A stretch of 64,000 nucleotides of DNA from Candidatus Komeilibacteria bacterium CG11_big_fil_rev_8_21_14_0_20_36_20 (GTDB taxonomy: Bacteria; Patescibacteriota; Patescibacteriia; UBA1558; GWA2-36-10). The position numbers and the translations under genes are program-made. Below the pieces are notes generated by a model. The model was not told the origin of the DNA. It did not search any database and worked only from the letters and a program-made list of their open reading frames with translations. This document shows positions 28,005-37,805 of this stretch, piece by piece; positions within the stretch are counted from its first letter, which is position 1; every line of letters starts with the position of its first letter. Location of the stretch: assembly GCA_002787405.1 (NCBI GenBank), contig PCWQ01000009.1, positions 132 to 64,131 of the forward strand, given 5' to 3'.

Positions 28005-30562
28005 TGAAATTTTTTTTATTAACGATTAGTTTATTTTGTGTAGTGATTTTTTTAGTATTTTTTACAACCGCTGTACAAGCTGATGATAATTTTATTTACG
28101 GACAAAATTTTAGATTTACTTTGCATCAGGAAAAATCAGATTTAGGATTTCAGATTTATGATAATTCAGGAAATTTGTATTTTAGCAATAAATTATTAAC
28201 TATTCCCAATGGTTATAGTTTGCTAAATGAAGATAAAGAAAATCAAAAAATAACTCAGACTTATTATCACTCTGGCCAGCAGCATTATCTTAAACTAGAA
28301 TTAGAAATAGTTAATGGAAATCGAACAATAACAATAATATCAGTTTATTCGGATAATCCAGCAGGTTTTTTTATTGAGGGGGATTATTTTTCTTTTGCCT
28401 CCATAGGCGATAATTTTCCTTTTCGTTTTAAAATCAATCATTGCGGTAATAATTATTTAGGATCAACCATTGGCGCTGATGGTCAATCAGAACTTGGAGA
28501 TTGGCAGAAACAGGGTTATTGGCCGCGGAATTTGGAGGCGCCATCAGTGGGGATATATAATAAAGATGTTGGGCAAGTAGTGACAGTAATTGGTCAAGAT
28601 ATTTTGAGCGGAAATAGAATCTATGAATTCTTTTTAAAAGCTGATGACAATTCTGACGATCTTTTAGGTATCACTCCGCAGTTTTATGATCTAGCCACTG
28701 ATAAGTATCTTAAAACAAAATTGATTAAGCCTGATGAAATATTTTCTATTTCTTATATTATAGAACCATTTTTTATTAATGTTGCAGAAAATTTAAATTC
28801 CCGTACCATTGATAATCAGACTAGAAAAGTAATGGATGTTTCCGCCGCCCATATCCGCGATTATTTATTAGAAGATTCTAATGTAGCTAGTGAAGCCCCT
28901 TTAAATTTAAATCAAGTATTAAAAATTAAAGGTCTGATAGATTCTATTACTTTAGAACAGTTGATGAGCGAATATCGAGCGGTGGCTGGCGAAGCTGGTT
29001 TTGGCGCCAAGGACGATTATAAATGCGGCCATTTAAGAGGCATTGATTGTCAATATTTACTTGGAGAAGAGGGAGAGCCAAAAGATATAAACTTAGACAA
29101 TCTTAATGTTTTAGACAAAAATAATTTTTTATTATTACATTATAATAATATCAGTACCTTAGGTTTAGATAGCGCTGAATATGAATTTTACCCTCAATGC
29201 GCTGTTAAAGATAATGACGGCAACTTTATTTATAAAAAAGATTCAGAGGGCGAGGACAATAATAACGTTTATTTCAACTATCGCAATTCAGATTGTCGGG
29301 AATATGTAGTTGATAAATTTATCTATGATTTTAATAATTATTTTGGCTTAGTAGATGGCATTCGTTTTGATGAGCCTCTTGCTGGAGTAGTCATAGAAAA
29401 GCAAACTAACATCGAAGAGGGTTTTAGCAATGCTTATCAGGGTTTAATATCATTCTATTATGATCAATTAGTGCCGGCTTTGCGGCAGAATTTTCCAGAT
29501 ATTGTCTTGGCGGTTAATGGGCCAATTTTTATAAAATCGCAAAATGCCCTTGATTATTATTCAGTTGGAGACTGTATGTATCCTGACGCTGGAAAGCATC
29601 CTGAATGGGGCAAGTTTCAATTTGATACTAGATTGCTTAAATATTTTTACAGTCAGCTTTCCAACAAAAGTATTGGTTTTGGGATGGGATCATGCAACAC
29701 AGCTGTGCATGCTATTCAATATGGCCTATTACAGCAAGGCCCGGGCATAAGTTATCCGGAAGATGATAGTGACAATTGCGCTTATCCCAAAAAACATGAA
29801 TATTTATTTGCTAAGAAGCATATTGAGTTGATGGACAAAGGTGGCTTTGAGGTTCTTGACGAGAAAATTTATTGGCCTACCGGTAGCGAGATAATTCCGC
29901 GTGAAGTTGACAGTATGGTCATGCTGTCAAAACTTCGTACCAAAAATGACAGCAAGGATTATTTAATTGCCGGCGCTTATAATAAGTCATTTAAGATTGT
30001 TTATAATAATCTGACCAATTTTTATCCCCATGAATTATATTATATGGAGGATTCTCCCGTTTTAAATATTGTTTCAATGGATCAAATAGAAAGCATTGAA
30101 AATAATATTGCCGAAGATGATATTATGATTGCTAGTACCGTGCCTGTAGAAATTATCCCAGCTACTGGTACTATTGAAGCAACTATAGATGATTTAAATA
30201 ATCAATATTTTAAAATTAGTATTAAAGGTAATTCAGCAGTTACTTTAAATATTAAAAATTTGCCGTCAGATGAGGATTACATTATGAAACTCAACGACAA
30301 TGAGATAAAATTTAATTCCGGAGATCAGGGTCAATATACGCATCATTTTAATTTGGCTAACAATGCGGTTATAGAAGTATCTGGTAATTTGAATTTTACC
30401 GAATATCAAAATAGTCCGGATCTTAATCAAGACGGAAATAATCAATCGCAACAAGATAATCAGCAAACAGCTCCGGCGAATACAAATATCTTTGCAAAAA
30501 TATTTAACTGGCTGATTGGGTTTTGGCAGGTGATCAAGGGGTTACTAGTGAAGATATTTTAA
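28004..30562 (+). CDS. large secreted protein, putative glycoside hydrolase
   Basis: Signal peptide; YFNYRNSDCREY and DGIRFDEP barrel-like motifs; amphipathic C-terminal helix. Confidence 0.55.
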   Translation: MKFFLLTISLFCVVIFLVFFTTAVQADDNFIYGQNFRFTLHQEKSDLGFQIYDNSGNLYFSNKLLTIPNGYSLLNEDKENQKITQTYYHSGQQHYLKLELEIVNGNRTITIISVYSDNPAGFFIEGDYFSFASIGDNFPFRFKINHCGNNYLGSTIGADGQSELGDWQKQGYWPRNLEAPSVGIYNKDVGQVVTVIGQDILSGNRIYEFFLKADDNSDDLLGITPQFYDLATDKYLKTKLIKPDEIFSISYIIEPFFINVAENLNSRTIDNQTRKVMDVSAAHIRDYLLEDSNVASEAPLNLNQVLKIKGLIDSITLEQLMSEYRAVAGEAGFGAKDDYKCGHLRGIDCQYLLGEEGEPKDINLDNLNVLDKNNFLLLHYNNISTLGLDSAEYEFYPQCAVKDNDGNFIYKKDSEGEDNNNVYFNYRNSDCREYVVDKFIYDFNNYFGLVDGIRFDEPLAGVVIEKQTNIEEGFSNAYQGLISFYYDQLVPALRQNFPDIVLAVNGPIFIKSQNALDYYSVGDCMYPDAGKHPEWGKFQFDTRLLKYFYSQLSNKSIGFGMGSCNTAVHAIQYGLLQQGPGISYPEDDSDNCAYPKKHEYLFAKKHIELMDKGGFEVLDEKIYWPTGSEIIPREVDSMVMLSKLRTKNDSKDYLIAGAYNKSFKIVYNNLTNFYPHELYYMEDSPVLNIVSMDQIESIENNIAEDDIMIASTVPVEIIPATGTIEATIDDLNNQYFKISIKGNSAVTLNIKNLPSDEDYIMKLNDNEIKFNSGDQGQYTHHFNLANNAVIEVSGNLNFTEYQNSPDLNQDGNNQSQQDNQQTAPANTNIFAKIFNWLIGFWQVIKGLLVKIF

Positions 30563-30614
30563 AGTTGACTTTTTAGCTGTTTTTAGCTATGATAGGGGAC
30601 GTTGTTATTTTTTT

Positions 30615-30689
30615 GGCCCCATCGTCTAGTGGTTAGGACATCAGGTTTTCATCCTGGCAACCGGGGTTCGATTCCCCGTGGGGTCACCA
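30615..30689 (+). tRNA. tRNA-Glu(TTC)
   Basis: Cloverleaf, loop TT-TTC-AT, GGTTCGATTCC, CCA; upstream TTGACT..TATGAT promoter. Confidence 0.96.
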
Positions 30690-30854
30690 TTTGAATCGTC
30701 ATCATCACTCATGGCCGTTAGCCATGCATTTATTTACTCGCTCATTGAAGATTGTGAGCGTAGTCGGGTGGGGATATAATTCTAAGACGCCCCAGTAAAC
30801 TCGTGGTCAGAAATCAAAATCGCCTCAGGAGCGGTTTTTTGATATAATTAAAAT

Positions 30855-31631
30855 ATGAAAAATAAAAAAGTAGATATTTTGTTGTTAATTGTATTTCCTG
30901 TTTTAGCATCTTTGATTACGGTAGTTTATAAAGTTAATTTTTTGTCATTCATAATTCTTTATTTTGGTATTCCATTGTTATATTTAGCATTAAGAAATCC
31001 AGGCATTGTAGTTAAAAGTTTTATGTTTGCTTTCTATTTTTCAATCCCATTGTCTCTTTTTGTTGATACCTTAGCAGTTTTAGATCAATCATGGATTATT
31101 AAGGAGACTATTTTTCCTTTTAAATTTTTTGGTTTAGCTACTGTCGAGGTGTATATTTATGGGTTGCTATGGGGCTTCTTAGCGGTGTTATTTTACGAGC
31201 ATTTTTTTGATAGGGGCAGATGGAAAGATAGGTTATCCAAAAATATTAAATACCTACTTTATTTTTTTGCATTTTTGGTCATAACAGTAACGGTGCTGTT
31301 TTTTGTTGATACCAATTTATTAAAAATACCCTATTTTTATCTTTGGGTTAGTCTGATTTTTATTATTCCTCCTCTAATTTTTTTTCTCTATTTTTATCCT
31401 AAATTTTTACAACGTTATGTACTGATTGCAGTTTATTTCTTTTTTATCCTATTTATCTCTGAGCTAACAGCTTTGGAAACCAAACAATGGATTTTTCCTA
31501 GTAATAATTTTATTGGTTTTGCGGAAGTATTTAAATACAGATTTCCATTGGAGGAGTTATTTTTTTGGATGATTTTTGCGACACCATCATTTTTAGCTTA
31601 TTATGAGTTTTTTGCTGATGATAGAAAATAA
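30855..31631 (+). CDS. polytopic membrane protein with lycopene-cyclase-like repeats
   Basis: Two similar halves, FPLEELFFW motif; very AT-rich. Confidence 0.6.
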   Translation: MKNKKVDILLLIVFPVLASLITVVYKVNFLSFIILYFGIPLLYLALRNPGIVVKSFMFAFYFSIPLSLFVDTLAVLDQSWIIKETIFPFKFFGLATVEVYIYGLLWGFLAVLFYEHFFDRGRWKDRLSKNIKYLLYFFAFLVITVTVLFFVDTNLLKIPYFYLWVSLIFIIPPLIFFLYFYPKFLQRYVLIAVYFFFILFISELTALETKQWIFPSNNFIGFAEVFKYRFPLEELFFWMIFATPSFLAYYEFFADDRK

Positions 31632-31844
31632 TGTAAAATAGGTATCTCCACTTTCCCTGAACGGGAGTGAACGCAGTAAGTCGAAATGCAAAGCAATCTT
31701 TTATGTTTCTATTGACTTTATTCTCTAATCATGCTATCATGGTGGCGAACTGCTATTTAACAGTTTAAAGAGTATAGTAAGCGTAGAAATAGAGTCGAAT
31801 TTCAAGGTTACTATATCTTAATTCATTTTATTTCTACATCTATT

Positions 31845-32042
31845 ATGCAAGGAATAATCAAAAAATTGACTGACAAAAATTTCGGATTTATTACCCAAGA
31901 AGGTGAAGAGAAAGATTTGTTTTTTCATGCTAACGAGCTAGATGGAGTTGATTTCAGTGAACTTAGTGAAGGTGACAATGTTACCTTTGAAGTTTCCGAC
32001 ACTCCTAAAGGCCCAGCAGCTACAAAAGTCAAAAAAGCTTAA
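31845..32042 (+). CDS. cold-shock protein
   Basis: KNFGFI (RNP1), DLFFH (RNP2), KGPAATKV. Confidence 0.95.
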   Translation: MQGIIKKLTDKNFGFITQEGEEKDLFFHANELDGVDFSELSEGDNVTFEVSDTPKGPAATKVKKA

Positions 32043-32109
32043 TTTCTTAATTTAAGAAATTCAAAAAACCGTCTACTAGGCGGTTTTTTGTTTATGAACA
32101 AAACAAACG

Positions 32110-32298
32110 CTACTTTTTAACAGTAACATTTTTCTTGATGGATTTAAACATACATATTGTGTCTTGAATAATTAATACACAAATAATCACACCGAAAAAA
32201 CCAGGTATAATTATATGCAGATTATTTTTAGCTAATAACAATATATGTAAAATAAGCCCGCTAAGAGTGCTGATTGCATTGATAATAAAATCAATCAT
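32110..32298 (-). CDS. small hypothetical membrane protein
   Basis: 2 TM segments, SD AGGAGG, own promoter. Confidence 0.6.
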   Translation of the reverse strand: MIDFIINAISTLSGLILHILLLAKNNLHIIIPGFFGVIICVLIIQDTICMFKSIKKNVTVKK

Positions 32299-32369
32299 AA
32301 TCCCCTCCTGAATTTTAAGTACTTATTATTGATATAATTATCTTGTATTTTTTGTAAAAGGTCAAGAAT

Positions 32370-33374
32370 TTAAATAATATTTCCTTTATTAGTAGGAAAG
32401 GTGACCGCCTGGGTAATATCAGTCTGACCGCTTAAATATTGCATCACTCTAGACATACCAAAACCGCAACCAGCATGGGGCACTGCCCCATTGTTTTTAA
32501 TTTGATTAATATACCATTCAAAATCAGTCAGGTCTCCACCTTTAGCTTCTAGACGTTTAAACATTTTGGAATTTTGCAGACGATTAATTAATTCATCTAA
32601 AATATGAACTCGGGCGGCAGCGCCAACAGATTCTCCTCCAAAAGGCAAAATCAAATCAGCGCTTAATACTCTACCTGGCTTGTCTTTAGAAGGGAGCATA
32701 TTGAAAAATTTTTCCACTTCAATATTTTGTCCGTCTTCATGCATAGGGTCAGGATAGTGAGTGATAAAAAACGGTTGATTATCAACCGTGGCTACCAGTA
32801 ATTTTTCTCTTTGACTGGAAATGTCATTGCCCCATTCAATATCTTCTCCTAATTGCTGAAGTTTTTTAATTGCTTGGTCATAAGTAAATCTTTTAAATTT
32901 GGCAGGGCATTGGGTCAAGCGAAATAAATTATCTTGGCTTAAACCAAATTTATCTTCAGCAGTAGGGCATTGAGATACTTTTTGGGTCAGATAGTAAACC
33001 AGACTTTCTATGTATTTCAGTAAATCTTCAAAGTCTCCAGCAAACTCAATTTCCAGCATCGTAAACTCAGTTAAGTGGCGGTTGTCTATTTTAGGTTCGG
33101 CCCTAAAAGAAGGACCAACACAGTATACTTTTTTTAAGCTAGGGACCATTGCTTCCAGATAGAGTTGACCGGTTTGCGAAAGATAGGCATTCCGATTAAA
33201 CCACTGATGATTATCATCAACGCTAATTTCAAATAAAGTATTGATGTTTTCACACGCTCCGGAAGCACGGACAATTTTTGGTGGATAGAGTGGCGTGAAC
33301 CCCTGGCGGAGGAAGAATTTTTCGGCCTCTTTTAAAACAAAGCCCTCTAAGCGGGCGATTTGAGTTTTGTTCAT
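32370..33374 (-). CDS. AsnRS-like protein lacking the anticodon-binding domain (archaeal-type asparagine synthetase, AsnRS2)
   Basis: SGACE, YLSQTGQLYLE, FRAE...RHLTEF, PHAGCGFG; only 334 aa, no N-terminal OB fold. Confidence 0.8.
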   Translation of the reverse strand: MNKTQIARLEGFVLKEAEKFFLRQGFTPLYPPKIVRASGACENINTLFEISVDDNHQWFNRNAYLSQTGQLYLEAMVPSLKKVYCVGPSFRAEPKIDNRHLTEFTMLEIEFAGDFEDLLKYIESLVYYLTQKVSQCPTAEDKFGLSQDNLFRLTQCPAKFKRFTYDQAIKKLQQLGEDIEWGNDISSQREKLLVATVDNQPFFITHYPDPMHEDGQNIEVEKFFNMLPSKDKPGRVLSADLILPFGGESVGAAARVHILDELINRLQNSKMFKRLEAKGGDLTDFEWYINQIKNNGAVPHAGCGFGMSRVMQYLSGQTDITQAVTFPTNKGNII

Positions 33375-33502
33375 AAGTTTTTTAAATTAAGAATTAAAAA
33401 ACTCCGCTTCAGCGGAGTTTAATATATTTTTGAAAAATTTTAACCAGCTCATTCATTAAGTAGTCTTTTCTATGAATTATTCTTTTTGGCATTCTGCCCA
33501 CT

Positions 33503-33532
33503 ATTATATAGTGGATGACCGGTGGTTGTCAA
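33503..33532 (-). promoter_or_regulatory. consensus sigma70 promoter upstream of the AsnRS-like gene
   Basis: TTGACA-18 nt-TATAAT on the minus strand. Confidence 0.7.
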
Positions 33533-33555
33533 GAAATAAGCATACTCTCCAGTGT

Positions 33556-33602
33556 CCTGCCTGCCCTCCGTAACCTCAAGCTTGTCGAGAGGTGAAGGAG
33601 GA
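33556..33602. repeat. nested palindromic element
   Basis: CCTGCCTGCC-CTCCGTAA[CCTCAAGCTTGTCGAGAGG]TGAAGGAGG. Confidence 0.65.
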
Positions 33603-33830
33603 GTAAATATTAATTGATTAGAAGGGAGTTTATTCATATAATATAGATAAATTATAGTTGCAGAGTTTTCATTTGATAAAATTACAAATTTATTGCTTAC
33701 TGTCATTTCTGTTTTCGGCAATTCAAATATATCATAAATTTATATGATTATAGCCAATAAAGGATTATTAATCTTATTTGATTAAAATTTTAATTTATGA
33801 TTAGATAATAGTAGTATTAATTTTTATTTT

Positions 33831-34946
33831 ATGGCACATGAAATATTAGATAATAATCAGGAGCTCATAAATCAAGCCCGTAAAGTAGTCAAAGAAAATT
33901 ATAAACCAGAACTTGAAGACCCTAAGGGCAGTCAGGGCGAAATTTTTAATTTACAGGTGGAAAAGCAGAAAATTATGCAAGCACTACACAGTGACTTAGA
34001 AAAGATAGAGCAGGGTTCGGATTTATTAGAGGGTCAGGGAGAAATAAATCGTGATGTTATTTATGATAAGAATAAAAAAATTTTTTATATTGATAACAAC
34101 CAGAAATTGGAAGTGGCTACATTTGGCGATTTAATTACGGACGTTTCACATGGCATTGAATATAATTTAAACACGGGAGACATTCCACGGGCAATATTAA
34201 AAAAATATGCGACGGAAAGAGCAAAAAGTCACATCCGTAAATTATTTGATATTCAGCTTTTAATTCAGGCGGAAGCGCAGCATAAAAAATTGGGGCATAG
34301 CCGAAAAAGTGAAATTTTAAGTCAAGTCAAAGAAAAACACAAGACTGGCATTGATAACTTTGAAAATAGAGCAGGGCTTATTTTTGAAAGAGATATAATA
34401 AATATGTTAAAACAGTTGCAGGTTGATTTACCGAATCTGGGAATCGAGATAGAAGATGTCAATGTGATTCAGGACATGGATCAAAAAGTTGATTTTATTA
34501 TTAAAGTAAAACAGCATCATCGCGCGGTGCAGGTGGAGGAAAGCGAAGAGTCATTACAGGATGGGCACAATAAGGTTTTTGGAATTCAATTTACGTTAAA
34601 TCCAGAAGCGACGCAACACAAAATGAAGCAGATAGAGGAGAGTATTAGAAGAGGAGTTAAGCAGGAAATTCACATTGATGATTTATTACTAATAACTATT
34701 CCAGTATCTAGCAATGAAATTGTTAGAAATTATCAAAATTGGCAACAGTTAGGTAAGCCAACTGGTGGTCCAGAAAGATTTTATGATATTAACACAAAAA
34801 TAGAAATTCTCGGTCAATTATTGGAGGGGATTAAGGCAAATAATATTATTGATGCAAATAAAAAGAATATTGCAAGATATTATGATAGTAAATTGGAATT
34901 AGTGGATACAGGCAATTTGGTTCATCTGAGGCCAGACACTAAATAA
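33831..34946 (+). CDS. hypothetical protein, possible PD-(D/E)XK-fold nuclease domain
   Basis: GLIFE...QDMDQKVDFII...FGIQFT pattern. Confidence 0.6.
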   Translation: MAHEILDNNQELINQARKVVKENYKPELEDPKGSQGEIFNLQVEKQKIMQALHSDLEKIEQGSDLLEGQGEINRDVIYDKNKKIFYIDNNQKLEVATFGDLITDVSHGIEYNLNTGDIPRAILKKYATERAKSHIRKLFDIQLLIQAEAQHKKLGHSRKSEILSQVKEKHKTGIDNFENRAGLIFERDIINMLKQLQVDLPNLGIEIEDVNVIQDMDQKVDFIIKVKQHHRAVQVEESEESLQDGHNKVFGIQFTLNPEATQHKMKQIEESIRRGVKQEIHIDDLLLITIPVSSNEIVRNYQNWQQLGKPTGGPERFYDINTKIEILGQLLEGIKANNIIDANKKNIARYYDSKLELVDTGNLVHLRPDTK

Positions 34947-34998
34947 ATTTAATCATATTTAAAGATAAAAACACCCCCGTCAAGCGGGGGTGTTAAGG

Positions 34999-36408
34999 TT
35001 ATTTATTTATATAATTTGAATAATCAAGTGTGTTCTTCCAGAGATACCAAGGAATGGTTGGATGGACGGTTTTTCCACTAAATTTAATTGATTGAGTAAC
35101 GGCCTCTATTGGGTATCCGCCATAAACGTAGGCATTGACCAGAGTAAACCAGTCTTGGTTGCTAATTCTAAATCGTCCGAGGCGAGTGTCTAATATTGAT
35201 TTTAACTCTTTGGCTTTTTCCTGTTCATAGCCCAGGGAGATGCGGGGTTGATTATAGATCAGTTTAACAAAACGACCGGCTCCCTTAGGATTATAGCCAT
35301 TACTTACTTCTAGGCCATCAGGATAACCATCCCCATCAGTATCAGAATTAAGCGGATTAGTGCCTAATTCCAGTTCGTAATTATCGGAGAGTCCGTCATT
35401 GTCCGCATCAATTCCTCCGGCAATTATTTTGGTGCCTAACACCTGACCAGTTTGTTTAGGAGTAGTCGTAAATGTCATTTCTGCAGTAGTAAAGCTTTTT
35501 TTATGCAAACTGTCATAGGCAGTTATTTTATAATAATAAGTAGTGTTTGGTTGAAGAGCAGTTAAAACGACTTTATGGTTTAATTTATGTAAATTTTTGG
35601 CAGAATATATTTTTTCTGAATAACGGCCTGATTTTGTTCCATATTTTAAATATCCTTTACTGGCTAAATTTGTATTCCAAGTAAAGATTGCCATGTCAGA
35701 AAAAATTCTCATTGCATCAAAATTGATTGGTTCCAGACTGCTAATTTCTAACTGATATTGGTCAATGGCGTCACTAGTCTTAAATTCAAAGATAGCTGAA
35801 CTGTCTTGATTGCCTGCTTTGTCTGCAACTACTATTCGTAAATAATATCTTTGATTTGCTTTGAGTTTATAAAGAAATAATTCATGCTCTTTCTCATAGG
35901 AGCTAATTTTTTTAGTTTTATCTAAATTATTTTCACTAATACCATAATAAATAGTGGCTTTTGTTTTTTCATCAGTTTGCCAGTAGAGGGCAGCGGCTGT
36001 GTCAGTGACTTGAGTGATATGGGAGTTAAGCAATTCTGGATTAATAGTATCAATCATATCTTCCGTAGAAAAATTTTGGATAAAGGTTTCTATTTGATAG
36101 CCGGATTGATTCTGTGCGATAATTTTATAATAATAAGTATGCTCTTCTTCTAGGCCAGTTAAGATTGTCCGATGATTATATTCATAGACATTATAGCGAA
36201 GATAGCGGTCTAGATTATCTGCTTTGTCACCAAAATAAACAATACCCTTCATTGGTTCATTGGTTTTCCATTCTAAAGCAGCGTTGCCGTTTTTAACTTC
36301 CATTATTTTAATTTCAGTAAAAATAGGATTAGCCGATACTGGCTGGTTATAACCAAAAGAAATTAAGATTAGGGCAATAATTAAGATAATTTTTAACCAA
36401 TTTTTCAT
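34999..36408 (-). CDS. secreted FN3-repeat protein with Ca-binding (TSP3-like) repeats
   Basis: Signal peptide, three W.T.E...YG...H...L..L.....YYY repeats, DADNDGLSD and DTDGDGYPDG. Confidence 0.8.
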   Translation of the reverse strand: MKNWLKIILIIALILISFGYNQPVSANPIFTEIKIMEVKNGNAALEWKTNEPMKGIVYFGDKADNLDRYLRYNVYEYNHRTILTGLEEEHTYYYKIIAQNQSGYQIETFIQNFSTEDMIDTINPELLNSHITQVTDTAAALYWQTDEKTKATIYYGISENNLDKTKKISSYEKEHELFLYKLKANQRYYLRIVVADKAGNQDSSAIFEFKTSDAIDQYQLEISSLEPINFDAMRIFSDMAIFTWNTNLASKGYLKYGTKSGRYSEKIYSAKNLHKLNHKVVLTALQPNTTYYYKITAYDSLHKKSFTTAEMTFTTTPKQTGQVLGTKIIAGGIDADNDGLSDNYELELGTNPLNSDTDGDGYPDGLEVSNGYNPKGAGRFVKLIYNQPRISLGYEQEKAKELKSILDTRLGRFRISNQDWFTLVNAYVYGGYPIEAVTQSIKFSGKTVHPTIPWYLWKNTLDYSNYINK

Positions 36409-36541
36409 AAATTTAGGTGGTTTTAACGTAATTAGGTAATAATGTATTATACTATATTTTATTAACATTGTCAATGATGGTTTTATTCTTGAAAAATGAT
36501 ATACTGATTTCATTATATCTAAGTATTAAAAAAATCAAAAT

Positions 36542-36778
36542 ATGAAGAAAATAGCTTTAGCTCAGTTTATTATTTTATTAGCTGGCAACTTATTTGCTTG
36601 GTTTAATTTTTTTAGAGAATTAAACAATTGGTTGCAGGGGCGGGCTTGTACCACTGGTTGCGCAGCCGGATTAGTCAATCCATTTTTAACTCCTTGTTTT
36701 TATGGGGCCATGGTCTTTGCCATTGCTTTAGTGGTTAGTATTATTATGTTAAGAAAAGTAAATAAAGCAAATCGATAA
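36542..36778 (+). CDS. small membrane protein with Cys motifs
   Basis: 2 TM segments, CTTGC and PCFYG. Confidence 0.65.
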   Translation: MKKIALAQFIILLAGNLFAWFNFFRELNNWLQGRACTTGCAAGLVNPFLTPCFYGAMVFAIALVVSIIMLRKVNKANR

Positions 36779-36834
36779 TTTTTGGAAATATTTTAAATAA
36801 AATAAAAGAAGTCCCAGGGGGGACTTCTTTGACC

Positions 36835-37662
36835 TTAGAGTTTTAACATGGAGCCAAGCCCCATATAAATACATTGGAATGATCTTTCAGAAATAATAAT
36901 CAACATTTTTTCATTGATCGGGTTATAATCATCTTCATGGACGTGCCCATGAATAACCTCGATGTCGTTAGGAGCAGTGCTTATTATCCTTAAAAAGTTA
37001 GTTAAATTTTGAGTGGTAATTTTGCCTTCATTGTTTGGTTCCTTTTTAAAGACCTCCCAATTCGGTACTCCATGGGCGATTATGGAAATTTTCTGATCTG
37101 TCTTTTCAATACCCTCTATTATCCAGTTGGGCACTGGATTTAGGAGGGCTGGCCATGGTAGTAAAACAAAAGCTTGATTGCCGTTATTGATCATCATGGC
37201 CTCGGCGATATAGTCGGCCGCTCCGGACAACGTAGAGGCAGTAATATTTGAAGGCGTTTCAATTAACTGACTCGGATTGTTTTTAAACTCCCAAGGGAGT
37301 AAGCGGTCACGATTACCTTTCATTACCACCACATCAATTCCTTTAGCTTTCATTTGCCGCATGATTTTTTGAATCCGTTTCAGATTCTCTAAATACGGCT
37401 CTTTAACAAGATTAATTACCTCTTCACCTTGACAGGATAGAGCATGCCCATAATGGGCATATTTTATTTTATCTTTATCCCAAAGCGTGCTATCTGGTGC
37501 ATAAAATGCTTTGGTTAATTCGCTGTCCTTTTTGGTGCCGGCAATGTCACCAATAAAAATAACCCTTGTAATTTCAGGGTCGTCAATCAGATTTTTTAAT
37601 TGTTCAACAAATGGTTGATATTCCATCAACCAGTGAACATCACCAACAATCACAGTACTCAT
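36835..37662 (-). CDS. calcineurin-like metallophosphoesterase
   Basis: GDVH, GDIAG, GNRD, AHG, GHVH; SD AAGGAG before ATG 37662. Confidence 0.75.
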   Translation of the reverse strand: MSTVIVGDVHWLMEYQPFVEQLKNLIDDPEITRVIFIGDIAGTKKDSELTKAFYAPDSTLWDKDKIKYAHYGHALSCQGEEVINLVKEPYLENLKRIQKIMRQMKAKGIDVVVMKGNRDRLLPWEFKNNPSQLIETPSNITASTLSGAADYIAEAMMINNGNQAFVLLPWPALLNPVPNWIIEGIEKTDQKISIIAHGVPNWEVFKKEPNNEGKITTQNLTNFLRIISTAPNDIEVIHGHVHEDDYNPINEKMLIIISERSFQCIYMGLGSMLKL

Positions 37663-37805
37663 TATAATCTCCTTGTTTAATAAGAAATTTTTAAATAACA
37701 ATAATTAAAGAAAATTAGCATAAAAGGATAATTTTGTCAACCTTTTAAAAGGTTGACGGCCATTATTTTTTTAGCTTAGGCGGATAAATCTGCTATAATA
37801 GAGTT

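Noticed and set aside
33470..33721. 83-aa minus-strand ORF
   Set aside because: It runs through a repeat element and the promoter of the downstream gene, with no recognisable protein features.
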